In this document: in pieces, positions 1 to 12,490 of the stretch
How positions within the stretch are numbered: the first letter of the stretch is position 1
How the letters are laid out: every line of letters begins with the position of its first letter
Assembly: GCA_964016885.1 (NCBI GenBank)
Contig: OZ024745.1
Span: forward strand, 89,218,001-89,282,000
Origin: Eledone cirrhosa
Lineage: Eukaryota
Length of the DNA stretch: 64,000 bases
Direction of reading: 5' to 3'
Translations under genes and position numbers: made by a program
The notes under the pieces: generated by a model
What the model was told of the DNA's origin: nothing
The model's input: only the letters and a program-made list of their open reading frames with translations
The model's database searches: none

Positions 1-581
1 CCATAGATGTAGTTGCTACATAGCTTGCCATAGATGTAGTTGCTACATTGATTGTTATAGATGTAGTTGCTACATATATTGTTATAGATGTAGTTGCTAC
101 ATAGATTGTTATAGATGTAGTTGCTACATAGATTGCTATAATGTAGTTGCTACATAGATTGCTATATAAGTAGTTGCTACATAGATTGCTATAGATGTAG
201 TTGCTACATAGATTGTTATAGATGTAGTTGCTACATAGATTGCTATAAATGTATTTGCTACATAGATTGTTATAGATGTAGTTGCGACATAGATTGTTAT
301 AGATGTAGTTGCTATATAGATTGCTATAAATCTATTTGCTACATAGATTGTTATAGATGTAGTTGGTACAGAGATTGTTATAGATGTAGTTGCTACATAG
401 ATTGTTATAGATGTAGTTGCTACATAGATTGTGATAGATGTAGTTGCTAGAGAGATTGATATATAAGTAGTTGCTACATATATTGTTATAGATGTAGTTG
501 CTACATAGATTGCCAAAGATGGAGTTGCTACATAGATTACCATAGATGTAGTTGCTACATAGATTGCCATAGATGTAGTTC

Positions 582-1999
582 CTACATAGATTGTTATAGA
601 TGTAGTTGCTACATAGATTGCCATAGATGTAGTTGCTACATAGATTGTTAAATATGTAGTTGATACATAGATTGCTATAGATGTAGTTGCTACATAGATT
701 GTTATAGATGTAGTTGCTACATAGATTGCTATAGATGTAGTTGCTACATAGATTGCTATAGATGTAGTTGCTACATAGATCGTCATAGACGTAGTTGCTA
801 CTTAGATTTTTATAGATGTAGTTGCTACATAGATTTTTTATAGATGTAGTTTTTACATTGATTGCCATAGATGGAGTTGCTACATAGATTGCCATAGATG
901 TAGTTGCTACATAGATTGCCATAGATGTAGTTGCTACATAGATTGCCATAGATGTAGTTGCTACATAGATTGCCATTTATGTAGTTGCTACATAGATTGT
1001 TATAAATGTAGTTGCTACATAGATTGCCATAGATGTATTTGCTACATAGATTGCCATAGATGTAGTTGCTACATTGATTGTTATAGATGTAGTTGCTACA
1101 TATATTGTTATAGATGTAGTTGCTACATAGATTGTTATAGATGTAGTTGCTACACAGATCGCCATAGATGTAGTTGCTACATAGATTGCTATAGATGTAG
1201 TAACTACATAGATTGTTATAGATGGTGTTGGTACAGAGATTGTTATAAATGTAGTTGCTACATAGATTGTTATAGATGTAGTTGCTACATAGACTGTGAT
1301 AGATGTAGTTGCTAGATAGATTGCTATATAAGTAGTTGCTACATATATTGTTATAGATGTAGTTGCTACATAGATTGTTATAGATGTAGTTGCTACATAG
1401 ATTGCCATAGATGTAGTTGCTACATAGATTGTTAAATATGTAGTTGATACATAGATTGCTATAGATGTAGTTGCTACATAGATTGTTATAGATGTAGTTG
1501 CTACATAGATTGCTATAGATGTAGTTGCTACATAGATTGCTATAGATGTAGTTGCTACATAGATCGTCATAGACGTAGTTGCTACTTAGATTTTTATAGA
1601 TGTAGTTGCTACATAGATTTTTTATAGATGTAGTTTTTACATTGATTGCCATAGATGGAGTTGCTACATAGATTGCCATAGATGTAGTTGCTACATAGAT
1701 TGCCATAGATGTAGTTGCTACATAGATTGCCATAGATGTAGTTGCTACATAGATTGCCATTTATGTAGTTGCTACATAGATTGTTATAAATGTAGTTGCT
1801 ACATAGATTGCCATAGATGTATTTGCTACATAGATTGCCATAGATGTAGTTGCTACATTGATTGTTATAGATGTAGTTGCTACATATATTGTTATAGATG
1901 TAGTTGCTACATAGATTGTTATAGATGTAGTTGCTACACAGATCGCCATAGATGTAGTTGCTACATAGATTGCTATAGATGTAGTAACTACATAGATTG
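582..1999. repeat. Direct segmental duplication, about 634 bp (582-1215 and 1366-1999), offset 784 bp (29 monomers + 1 bp)
   Basis: Rare variants recur exactly 784 bp apart: gttaaatatg (647/1431), ctacttag (~798/~1582), an extra T in the T-run (~835/~1620), gtagtaactac (~1197/~1981). ORF ends fall at 977 and 1761. Confidence 0.9.
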
Positions 2000-2189
2000 C
2001 TATAGATGTAGTTGGTACAGAGATTGTTATAGATGTAGTTGCTACATAGATTGTTATAGATGTAGTTGCTACACAGATCGCCATAGATGTAGTTGCGACA
2101 TAGATTGCTATAGATGTAGTAGCTACATAGATTGTTATAGATGGTGTTGGTACAGAGATTGTTATAAATGTAGTTGCTACATAGATTGT

Positions 2190-5100
2190 TATAGATGTAG
2201 TTGCTACATAGACTGTGATAGATGTAGTTGCTAGATAGATTGCTATATAAGTAGTTGCTACATATATTGTTATAGATGTAGTTGCTAAATAGATTGCCAT
2301 AGATGGAGTTGCTACATAGATTGCCATAGATGTAGTTGCTACATAGATTGCCATAGATGTAGTTGCTACATAGATTGCCATAGATGTAGTTGCTACATAG
2401 ATTGCCATAGATGTAGTTGCTACATAGATTGCCATTTATGTAGTTGCTACATAGATTGTTATAGATGTAGTTGCTACATAGATTGCTATAGATGCATTTG
2501 CTACATAGATTGTTAGAGATGTAGTGCTACATAGATTGTTATAGATGTAGTTGCTACATAGATTACTATATATGTATTTGCTACATAGATTGTTATAAAT
2601 GTAGATTCTACATAGATTGTTATAGATGTAGTTGCTACATAGATTGCAATAGATGTATTTGCTACATATATTGCTATAGATATAGTTGCTACATAGATTG
2701 TTATAGATGTAGTTGCTACATAGATTGTTATAGATGTAGTTGCTACATAGAATGCTATATATGTAGTTGGTACATATATTGCCATAGATGTAGTTGCTAG
2801 ATAGATTGCCATAGATGTAGTTGCTACATAGATTGCCATAGATGTAGCTGCTACATAGATTGCCATTTATGTAGTTGCTACATAGATTGTGATAGATGTA
2901 GTTGCTACATAGATTGCCATAGATGTAGTTGCTACATAGATTGCCATAGATGTAGTTGCTACATTGCTTGTTATAGATGTAGTTGCTACATATATTGTTA
3001 TAGATGTAGTTGCTACATAGATTGTTATAGATGTAGTTGCTACATAGATTGATATAATGTAGTTGCTACATAGATTGCTATATAAGTAGTTGCTACATAG
3101 ATTGCTATAGATGTAGTTGCTACATAGATTGTTATAGATGTAGTTGCTACATAGATTGCTATAGATGTATTTGCTACATAGATTGTTATAGATGTAGTTG
3201 CGACATAGATTGTTATAGATGTAGTTGCTATATAGATTGCTATAAATCTATTTGCTACATAGATTGTTATAGATGTAGTTGGTACAGAGATTGTTATAGA
3301 TGTAGTTGCTACATAGATTGTTATAGATGTAGTTGCTACATAGATTGTGATAGATGTAGTTGCTAGAGAGATTGCTATATAAGTAGTTGCTACATATATT
3401 GTTATAGATGTAGTTGCTACATAGATTGCCATAGATGGAGTTGCTACATAGATTGCCATAGATGTAGTTGCTACATAGATTGCCATAGATGTAGTTGCTA
3501 CATAGATTGCCATAGATGTAGTTGCTACATAAATTGCTATATATGTAGTTGCTACATAGATTGCCATAGATGTAGTTGCTACATAGATTGTTATAGATAT
3601 AGTTGCTACATACATTGCTATAGATGTAGTTGCTACATAGATTGTTATCGATGTAGTTGCTACATAGATTGCTATAGATGTAGTTGGTACATAGATTGCT
3701 ATAGATGTAGTTGCTACATAGATTGTCATAGACGTAGTTGCTACATAGATTTTTATAGATGTAGTTGCTACATAGATTTTTATAGATGTAGTTTTTACAT
3801 AGATTGCCATAGATGGAGTTGCTACATAGATTGCCATAGATGGAGTTGCTACATAGATTGTCATAGATGTAGTTGCTACATAGATTGCTATAGATGTAGT
3901 TGCTACATAGATTGCCATAGATGTAGTTGCTACATAGATTGCCATAAATGTAGTTGCTACATAGATTGCCATTTATGTAGTTGCTACATAGATTGTTATA
4001 AATGTAGTTGCTACATAGATTGCCATAGATGTATTTGCTACATAGATTGCCATAGGTGTATTTGCTACATTAATTGTTATAGATGTAGTTGCTACATATA
4101 TTGTTATAGATGTAGTTGCTACATATTTTGTTATAGATGTAGTTGCTACACAGATCGCCATAGATGTAGTTGCTACATAGATTGCTATAGATGTAGTAGC
4201 TACATAGATAGCTATAGATATAGTTGCTACATATATTGCTATGGATGTAGTTGCTACATAGATTGTCATAGACGTAGTTGCTACATAGATTGTTATAGAT
4301 GTAGTTGCTACATAGATTGCCATAGATGTAGTTGCTACATAGATTGCCATAGATGTAGTTGCTACATAGATTGCCATAGATGTAGTTGCTACATATATTG
4401 CCATAGATGTAGTTGCTACATAGATTGCTATATAAGTAGTTGCTACATAGATTGCTATCGATGTAGTTGGTACATAGATTGCTATAGATGTATTTGCTAC
4501 ATAGATCGTCATAGACGTAGTTGCTACATAGATTTTTATAGATGTAGTTGCTACATAGATTTTTATAGATGTAGTTTTTACATAGATTGCCATAGATGGA
4601 GTTGCTACATAGATTGCCATAGATGTAGTTGCTACATAGATTGCCATAGATGTAGTTGCTACATAGATTGCTATAGATGTAGTTGCTACATAGATTGCCA
4701 TAGATGTAGTTGCTACATAGATTGCCATAGATGTAGTTGCTACATAGATTGCCATTTATGTAGTTGCTACATAGATTGTTATAAATGTAGTTGCTACATA
4801 GATTGCCATAGATGTATTTGCTACATAGATTGCCATAGGTGTAGTTGCTACATTGATTGTTATAGATGTAGTTGCTACATATATTGTTATAGATGTAGTT
4901 GCTACATAGTTTGTTATAGATGTAGTTGCTACACAGATCGCCATAGATGTAGTAGCTACATAGATTGCTATAGATATAGTTGCTACATATATTGCTATGG
5001 ATGTAGTTGCTACATAGATTGTCATAGACGTAGTTGCTACATAGATTGTTATAGATGTAGTTGCTACATAGATTGCCATAGATGTAGTTGCTACATAGAT

Positions 5101-8100
5101 TGCGATAGATGTAGTTGCTACATAGATTGCCATAGATGTAGTTGCTACATTGATTTGTATAGGTGTAGTTGCTACATAGATTGCTATAGATGTATTTGCT
5201 ACATAGATTGCCATAGATGGAGTTGCTACATAGATTGCCATAGATGTAGTTGCTACACAGATCGCCATAGATGTAGTTGCTACATAGATTGCTATAGATG
5301 TAGTAGCTACATAGATTGTTATAGATGGAGTTGGTACAGAGATTGTTATAAATGTAGTTGCTACATATATTGTTATAGATGTAGTTGCTACATAGATTGT
5401 GATAGATGTAGTTGCTAGATAGATTGCAATATAAGTAGTTGCTACATATATTGTTATAGATGTAGTTGCTACATAGATTGCCATAGATGGAGTTGCTACA
5501 TAGATTGCCATAGATGTAGTTGCTACATAGATTGCCATAGATGTAGTTGCTACATAGATTGCTATATATGTAGTTGCTACATAGATTGCCACAGATGTAG
5601 TTGCTACATAGATTGCTATAGATGTAGTTGCTACATAGATTGTTATATATGTAGTTGCTACATACATTGCTATAGATGTAGTTGCTACATAGATTGTTAT
5701 AGATGTAGTTGCTACATAGATTGCTATAGATGTAGTTGGTACATAGATTGCTATAGATGTAGTTGCTACATAGATTGTTATAAATGTAGTTGCTACATAG
5801 ATTGCCATAGATGTATTTGCTACATAGATTGCCATAGGTGTAGTTGCTACATTAATTGTTATAGATGTAGTTGCTACATATATTGTTATAGATGTAGTTG
5901 CTACATATTTTGTTATAGATGTAGTTGCTACACAGATCGCCATAGATGTAGTTGCTACATAGATTGCTATAGATGTAGTAGCTACATAGATAGCTATAGA
6001 TATAGTTGCTACATATATTGCTATGGATGTAGTTGCTACATAGATTGTGATAGACGTAGTTGCTACATAGATTGTTATAGATGTAGTTGCTACATAGATT
6101 GCCATAGATGTAGTTGCTACATAGATTGCCATAGATGTAGTTGCTACATAGATTGCCATAGATGTAGTTGCTACATATATTGCCATAGATGTAGTTGCTA
6201 CATAGATTGCTATATAAGTAGTTGCTACATAGATTGCTATCGATGTAGTTGGTACATAGATTGCTATAGATGTAGTTGCTACATAGACTGTGATAGATGT
6301 AGTTGCTAGATAGATTGCTATATAAGTAGTTGCTACATATATTGTTATAGATGTAGTTGCTAAATAGATTGCCATAGATGGAGTTGCTACATAGATTGCC
6401 ATAGATGTAGTTGCTACATAGATTGCCATAGATGTAGTTGCTACATAGATTGCCATAGATGTAGTTGCTACATAGATTGCCATAGATGTAGTTGCTACAT
6501 AGATTGCCATTTATGTAGTTGCTACATAGATTGTTATAGATGTAGTTGCTACATAGATTGCTATAGATGCATTTGCTACATAGATTGTTAGAGATGTAGT
6601 GCTACATAGATTGTTATAGATGTAGTTGCTACATAGATTACTATATATGTATTTGCTACATAGATTGTTATAAATGTAGATTCTACATAGATTGTTATAG
6701 ATGTAGTTGCTACATAGATTGCAATAGATGTATTTGCTACATATATTGCTATAGATATAGTTGCTACATAGATTGTTATAGATGTAGTTGCTACATAGAT
6801 TGTTATAGATGTAGTTGCTACATAGAATGCTATATATGTAGTTGGTACATATATTGCCATAGATGTAGTTGCTAGATAGATTGCCATAGATGTAGTTGCT
6901 ACATAGATTGCCATAGATGTAGCTGCTACATAGATTGCCATTTATGTAGTTGCTACATAGATTGTGATAGATGTAGTTGCTACATAGATTGCCATAGATG
7001 TAGTTGCTACATAGATTGCCATAGATGTAGTTGCTACATTGCTTGTTATAGATGTAGTTGCTACATATATTGTTATAGATGTAGTTGCTACATAGATTGT
7101 TATAGATGTAGTTGCTACATAGATTGATATAATGTAGTTGCTACATAGATTGCTATATAAGTAGTTGCTACATAGATTGCTATAGATGTAGTTGCTACAT
7201 AGATTGTTATAGATGTAGTTGCTACATAGATTGCTATAGATGTATTTGCTACATAGATTGTTATAGATGTAGTTGCGACATAGATTGTTATAGATGTAGT
7301 TGCTATATAGATTGCTATAAATCTATTTGCTACATAGATTGTTATAGATGTAGTTGGTACAGAGATTGTTATAGATGTAGTTGCTACATAGATTGTTATA
7401 GATGTAGTTGCTACATAGATTGTGATAGATGTAGTTGCTAGAGAGATTGCTATATAAGTAGTTGCTACATATATTGTTATAGATGTAGTTGCTACATAGA
7501 TTGCCATAGATGGAGTTGCTACATAGATTGCCATAGATGTAGTTGCTACATAGATTGCCATAGATGTAGTTGCTACATAGATTGCCATAGATGTAGTTGC
7601 TACATAAATTGCTATATATGTAGTTGCTACATAGATTGCCATAGATGTAGTTGCTACATAGATTGTTATAGATATAGTTGCTACATACATTGCTATAGAT
7701 GTAGTTGCTACATAGATTGTTATCGATGTAGTTGCTACATAGATTGCTATAGATGTAGTTGGTACATAGATTGCTATAGATGTAGTTGCTACATAGATTG
7801 TCATAGACGTAGTTGCTACATAGATTTTTATAGATGTAGTTGCTACATAGATTTTTATAGATGTAGTTTTTACATAGATTGCCATAGATGGAGTTGCTAC
7901 ATAGATTGCCATAGATGGAGTTGCTACATAGATTGTCATAGATGTAGTTGCTACATAGATTGCTATAGATGTAGTTGCTACATAGATTGCCATAGATGTA
8001 GTTGCTACATAGATTGCCATAAATGTAGTTGCTACATAGATTGCCATTTATGTAGTTGCTACATAGATTGTTATAAATGTAGTTGCTACATAGATTGCCA

Positions 8101-10349
8101 TAGATGTATTTGCTACATAGATTGCCATAGGTGTATTTGCTACATTAATTGTTATAGATGTAGTTGCTACATATATTGTTATAGATGTAGTTGCTACATA
8201 TTTTGTTATAGATGTAGTTGCTACACAGATCGCCATAGATGTAGTTGCTACATAGATTGCTATAGATGTAGTAGCTACATAGATAGCTATAGATATAGTT
8301 GCTACATATATTGCTATGGATGTAGTTGCTACATAGATTGTCATAGACGTAGTTGCTACATAGATTGTTATAGATGTAGTTGCTACATAGATTGCCATAG
8401 ATGTAGTTGCTACATAGATTGCCATAGATGTAGTTGCTACATAGATTGCCATAGATGTAGTTGCTACATATATTGCCATAGATGTAGTTGCTACATAGAT
8501 TGCTATATAAGTAGTTGCTACATAGATTGCTATCGATGTAGTTGGTACATAGATTGCTATAGATGTATTTGCTACATAGATCGTCATAGACGTAGTTGCT
8601 ACATAGATTTTTATAGATGTAGTTGCTACATAGATTTTTATAGATGTAGTTTTTACATAGATTGCCATAGATGGAGTTGCTACATAGATTGCCATAGATG
8701 TAGTTGCTACATAGATTGCCATAGATGTAGTTGCTACATAGATTGCTATAGATGTAGTTGCTACATAGATTGCCATAGATGTAGTTGCTACATAGATTGC
8801 CATAGATGTAGTTGCTACATAGATTGCCATTTATGTAGTTGCTACATAGATTGTTATAAATGTAGTTGCTACATAGATTGCCATAGATGTATTTGCTACA
8901 TAGATTGCCATAGGTGTAGTTGCTACATTGATTGTTATAGATGTAGTTGCTACATATATTGTTATAGATGTAGTTGCTACATAGTTTGTTATAGATGTAG
9001 TTGCTACACAGATCGCCATAGATGTAGTAGCTACATAGATTGCTATAGATATAGTTGCTACATATATTGCTATGGATGTAGTTGCTACATAGATTGTCAT
9101 AGACGTAGTTGCTACATAGATTGTTATAGATGTAGTTGCTACATAGATTGCCATAGATGTAGTTGCTACATAGATTGCGATAGATGTAGTTGCTACATAG
9201 ATTGCCATAGATGTAGTTGCTACATTGATTTGTATAGGTGTAGTTGCTACATAGATTGCTATAGATGTATTTGCTACATAGATTGCCATAGATGGAGTTG
9301 CTACATAGATTGCCATAGATGTAGTTGCTACACAGATCGCCATAGATGTAGTTGCTACATAGATTGCTATAGATGTAGTAGCTACATAGATTGTTATAGA
9401 TGGAGTTGGTACAGAGATTGTTATAAATGTAGTTGCTACATATATTGTTATAGATGTAGTTGCTACATAGATTGTGATAGATGTAGTTGCTAGATAGATT
9501 GCAATATAAGTAGTTGCTACATATATTGTTATAGATGTAGTTGCTACATAGATTGCCATAGATGGAGTTGCTACATAGATTGCCATAGATGTAGTTGCTA
9601 CATAGATTGCCATAGATGTAGTTGCTACATAGATTGCTATATATGTAGTTGCTACATAGATTGCCACAGATGTAGTTGCTACATAGATTGCTATAGATGT
9701 AGTTGCTACATAGATTGTTATATATGTAGTTGCTACATACATTGCTATAGATGTAGTTGCTACATAGATTGTTATAGATGTAGTTGCTACATAGATTGCT
9801 ATAGATGTAGTTGGTACATAGATTGCTATAGATGTAGTTGCTACATAGATTGTTATAAATGTAGTTGCTACATAGATTGCCATAGATGTATTTGCTACAT
9901 AGATTGCCATAGGTGTAGTTGCTACATTAATTGTTATAGATGTAGTTGCTACATATATTGTTATAGATGTAGTTGCTACATATTTTGTTATAGATGTAGT
10001 TGCTACACAGATCGCCATAGATGTAGTTGCTACATAGATTGCTATAGATGTAGTAGCTACATAGATAGCTATAGATATAGTTGCTACATATATTGCTATG
10101 GATGTAGTTGCTACATAGATTGTGATAGACGTAGTTGCTACATAGATTGTTATAGATGTAGTTGCTACATAGATTGCCATAGATGTAGTTGCTACATAGA
10201 TTGCCATAGATGTAGTTGCTACATAGATTGCCATAGATGTAGTTGCTACATATATTGCCATAGATGTAGTTGCTACATAGATTGCTATATAAGTAGTTGC
10301 TACATAGATTGCTATCGATGTAGTTGGTACATAGATTGCTATAGATGTA
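2190..10349. repeat. Tandem duplication of a 4,075-bp unit (151 monomers - 2 bp), 2 copies
   Basis: Identical ORF translations at 2513/6588, 3040/7115, 3973/8048 and 5155/9230, all offset 4075. Both copies share two 1-bp deletions (gtagtgctac at ~2525/~6600; gatataatgt at ~3055/~7130). Confidence 0.95.
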
Positions 10350-11630
10350 TTTGCTACATAGATCGTCATAGACGTAGTTGCTACATAGATTTTTATAGAT
10401 GTAGTTGCTACATAGATTTTTATAGATGTAGTTTTTACATAGATTGCCATAGATGGAGTTGCTACATAGATTGCCATAGATGTAGTTGCTACATAGATTG
10501 CCATAGATGTAGTTGCTACATAGATTGCTATAGATGTAGTTGCTACATAGATTGCCATAGATGTAGTTGCTACATAGATTGCCATAGATGTAGTTGCTAC
10601 ATAGATTGCCATTTATGTAGTTGCTACATAGATTGTTATAAATGTAGTTGCTACATAGATTGCCATAGATGTATTTGCTACATAGATTGCCATAGGTGTA
10701 GTTGCTACATTGATTGTTATAGATGTAGTTGCTACATATATTGTTATAGATGTAGTTGCTACATAGTTTGTTATAGATGTAGTTGCTACACAGATCGCCA
10801 TAGATGTAGTAGCTACATAGATTGCTATAGATTTAGTTGCTACATATATTGCTATGGATGTAGTTGCTACATAGATTGTCATAGACGTAGTTGCTACATA
10901 GATTGTTATAGATGTAGTTGCTACATAGATTGCCATAGATGTAGTTGCTACATAGATTGCCATAGATGTAGTTGCTACATAGATTGCCATAGATGTAGTT
11001 GCTACATTGATTTGTATAGGTGTAGTTGCTACATAGATTGCTATAGATGTATTTGCTACATAGATTGCCATAGATGGAGTTGCTACATAGATTGCCATAG
11101 ATGTAGTTGCTACACAGATCGCCATAGATGTAGTTGCTACATAGATTGCTATAGATGTAGTAGCTACATAGATTGTTATAGATGGAGTTGGTACAGAGAT
11201 TGTTATAAATGTAGTTGCTACATAGATTGTTATAGATGTAGTTGCTACATAGATTGTGATAGATGTAGTTGCTAGATAGATTGCTATATAAGTAGTTGCT
11301 ACATATATTGTAATAGATGTAGTTGCTACATAGATTGCCATAGATGGAGTTGCTACATAGATTGCCATAGATGTAGTTGCTACATAGATTGCCATAGATG
11401 TAGTTGCTACATAGATTGCTATATATGTAGTTGCTACATAGATTGCCACAGATGTAGTTGCTACATAGATTGCTATAGATGTAGTTGCTACATAGATTGT
11501 TATATATGTAGTTGCTACATACATTGCTATAGATGTAGTTGCTACATAGATTGTTATAGATGTAGTTGCTACATAGATTGCTATAGATGTAGTTGGTACA
11601 TAGATTGCTATAGATGTAGTTGCTACATAG
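8052..11630. repeat. Tandem duplication of a 1,782-bp unit (66 monomers), overlapping the 4,075-bp duplication
   Basis: ORFs at 8831/10613 and 9230/11012 are offset by 1782. Markers ttataaat (8071/9853), tatcgatg (8531/10313) and cgtcatagacg (8582/10364) have the same offset. Confidence 0.85.
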
Positions 11631-12112
11631 ATCGTCATAGACGTAGTTGCTACATAGATTTTTATAGATGTAGTTGCTACATAGATTTTTATAGATGTAG
11701 TTTTTACATAGATTGCCATAGATGGAGTTGCTACATAGATTGCCATAGATGGAGTTGCTACATAGATTGCCATAGATGTAGTTGCTACATAGATTTCTAT
11801 AGATGTAGTTGCTACATAGATTGCCATAGATGTAGTTGCTACATAGATTGCCATAGATGTAGTTGCTACATAGATTGCCATTTATGTAGTTGCTACATAG
11901 ATTGTTATAAATGTAGTTGCTACATAGATTGCCATAGATGTATTTGCTACATAGATTGCCATAGGTGTAGTTGCTACATTAATTGTTATAGATGTAGTTG
12001 CTACATATATTGTTATAGATGTAGTTGCTACATATTTTGTTATAGATGTAGTTGCTACACAGATCGCCATAGATGTAGTTGCTACATAGATTGCTATAGA
12101 TGTAGTAGCTAC

Positions 12113-12490
12113 ATGGATTGCTATAGATATAGTTGCTACATATATTGCTATGGATGTAGTTGCTACATAGATTGTCATAGACGTAGTTGCTACATAGATT
12201 GTTATAGATGTAGTTGCTACATAGATTGCCATAGATGTAGTTGCTACATAGATTGCCATAGATGTAGTTGCTACATAGATTGCCATAGATGTAGTTGCTA
12301 CATAGATTGCTATAGATATAGTTGCTACATATATTGCTATGGATGTAGTTGCTACATAGATTGTCATAGACGTAGTTGCTACATAGATTGTTATAGATGT
12401 AGTTGCTACATAGATTGCCATAGATGTAGTTGCCACATAGATTGCCATAGATGTAGTTGCTACATAGATTGCCATAGATGTAGTTGCTAC
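12113..12490. repeat. Local tandem duplication of 7 monomers (189 bp)
   Basis: The block ctatagatatag...ctatggatg...gtcatagacg occurs at 12121 and again at 12310. Confidence 0.8.

Noticed and set aside
7-21. TACAT/ATGTA motif as in mitochondrial control-region termination-associated repeats
   Set aside because: This is only a 5-bp match. There are no mitochondrial genes, tRNAs or conserved sequence blocks, and the array is far larger than a control region.
990-1010. TATAAA (ttataaatg) and TATATAA variants as TATA boxes; hairpin plus T-run variants as terminators
   Set aside because: These are one- or two-base variants of an AT-rich monomer with no downstream gene. The 6-bp stem is weak and such matches are expected by chance.
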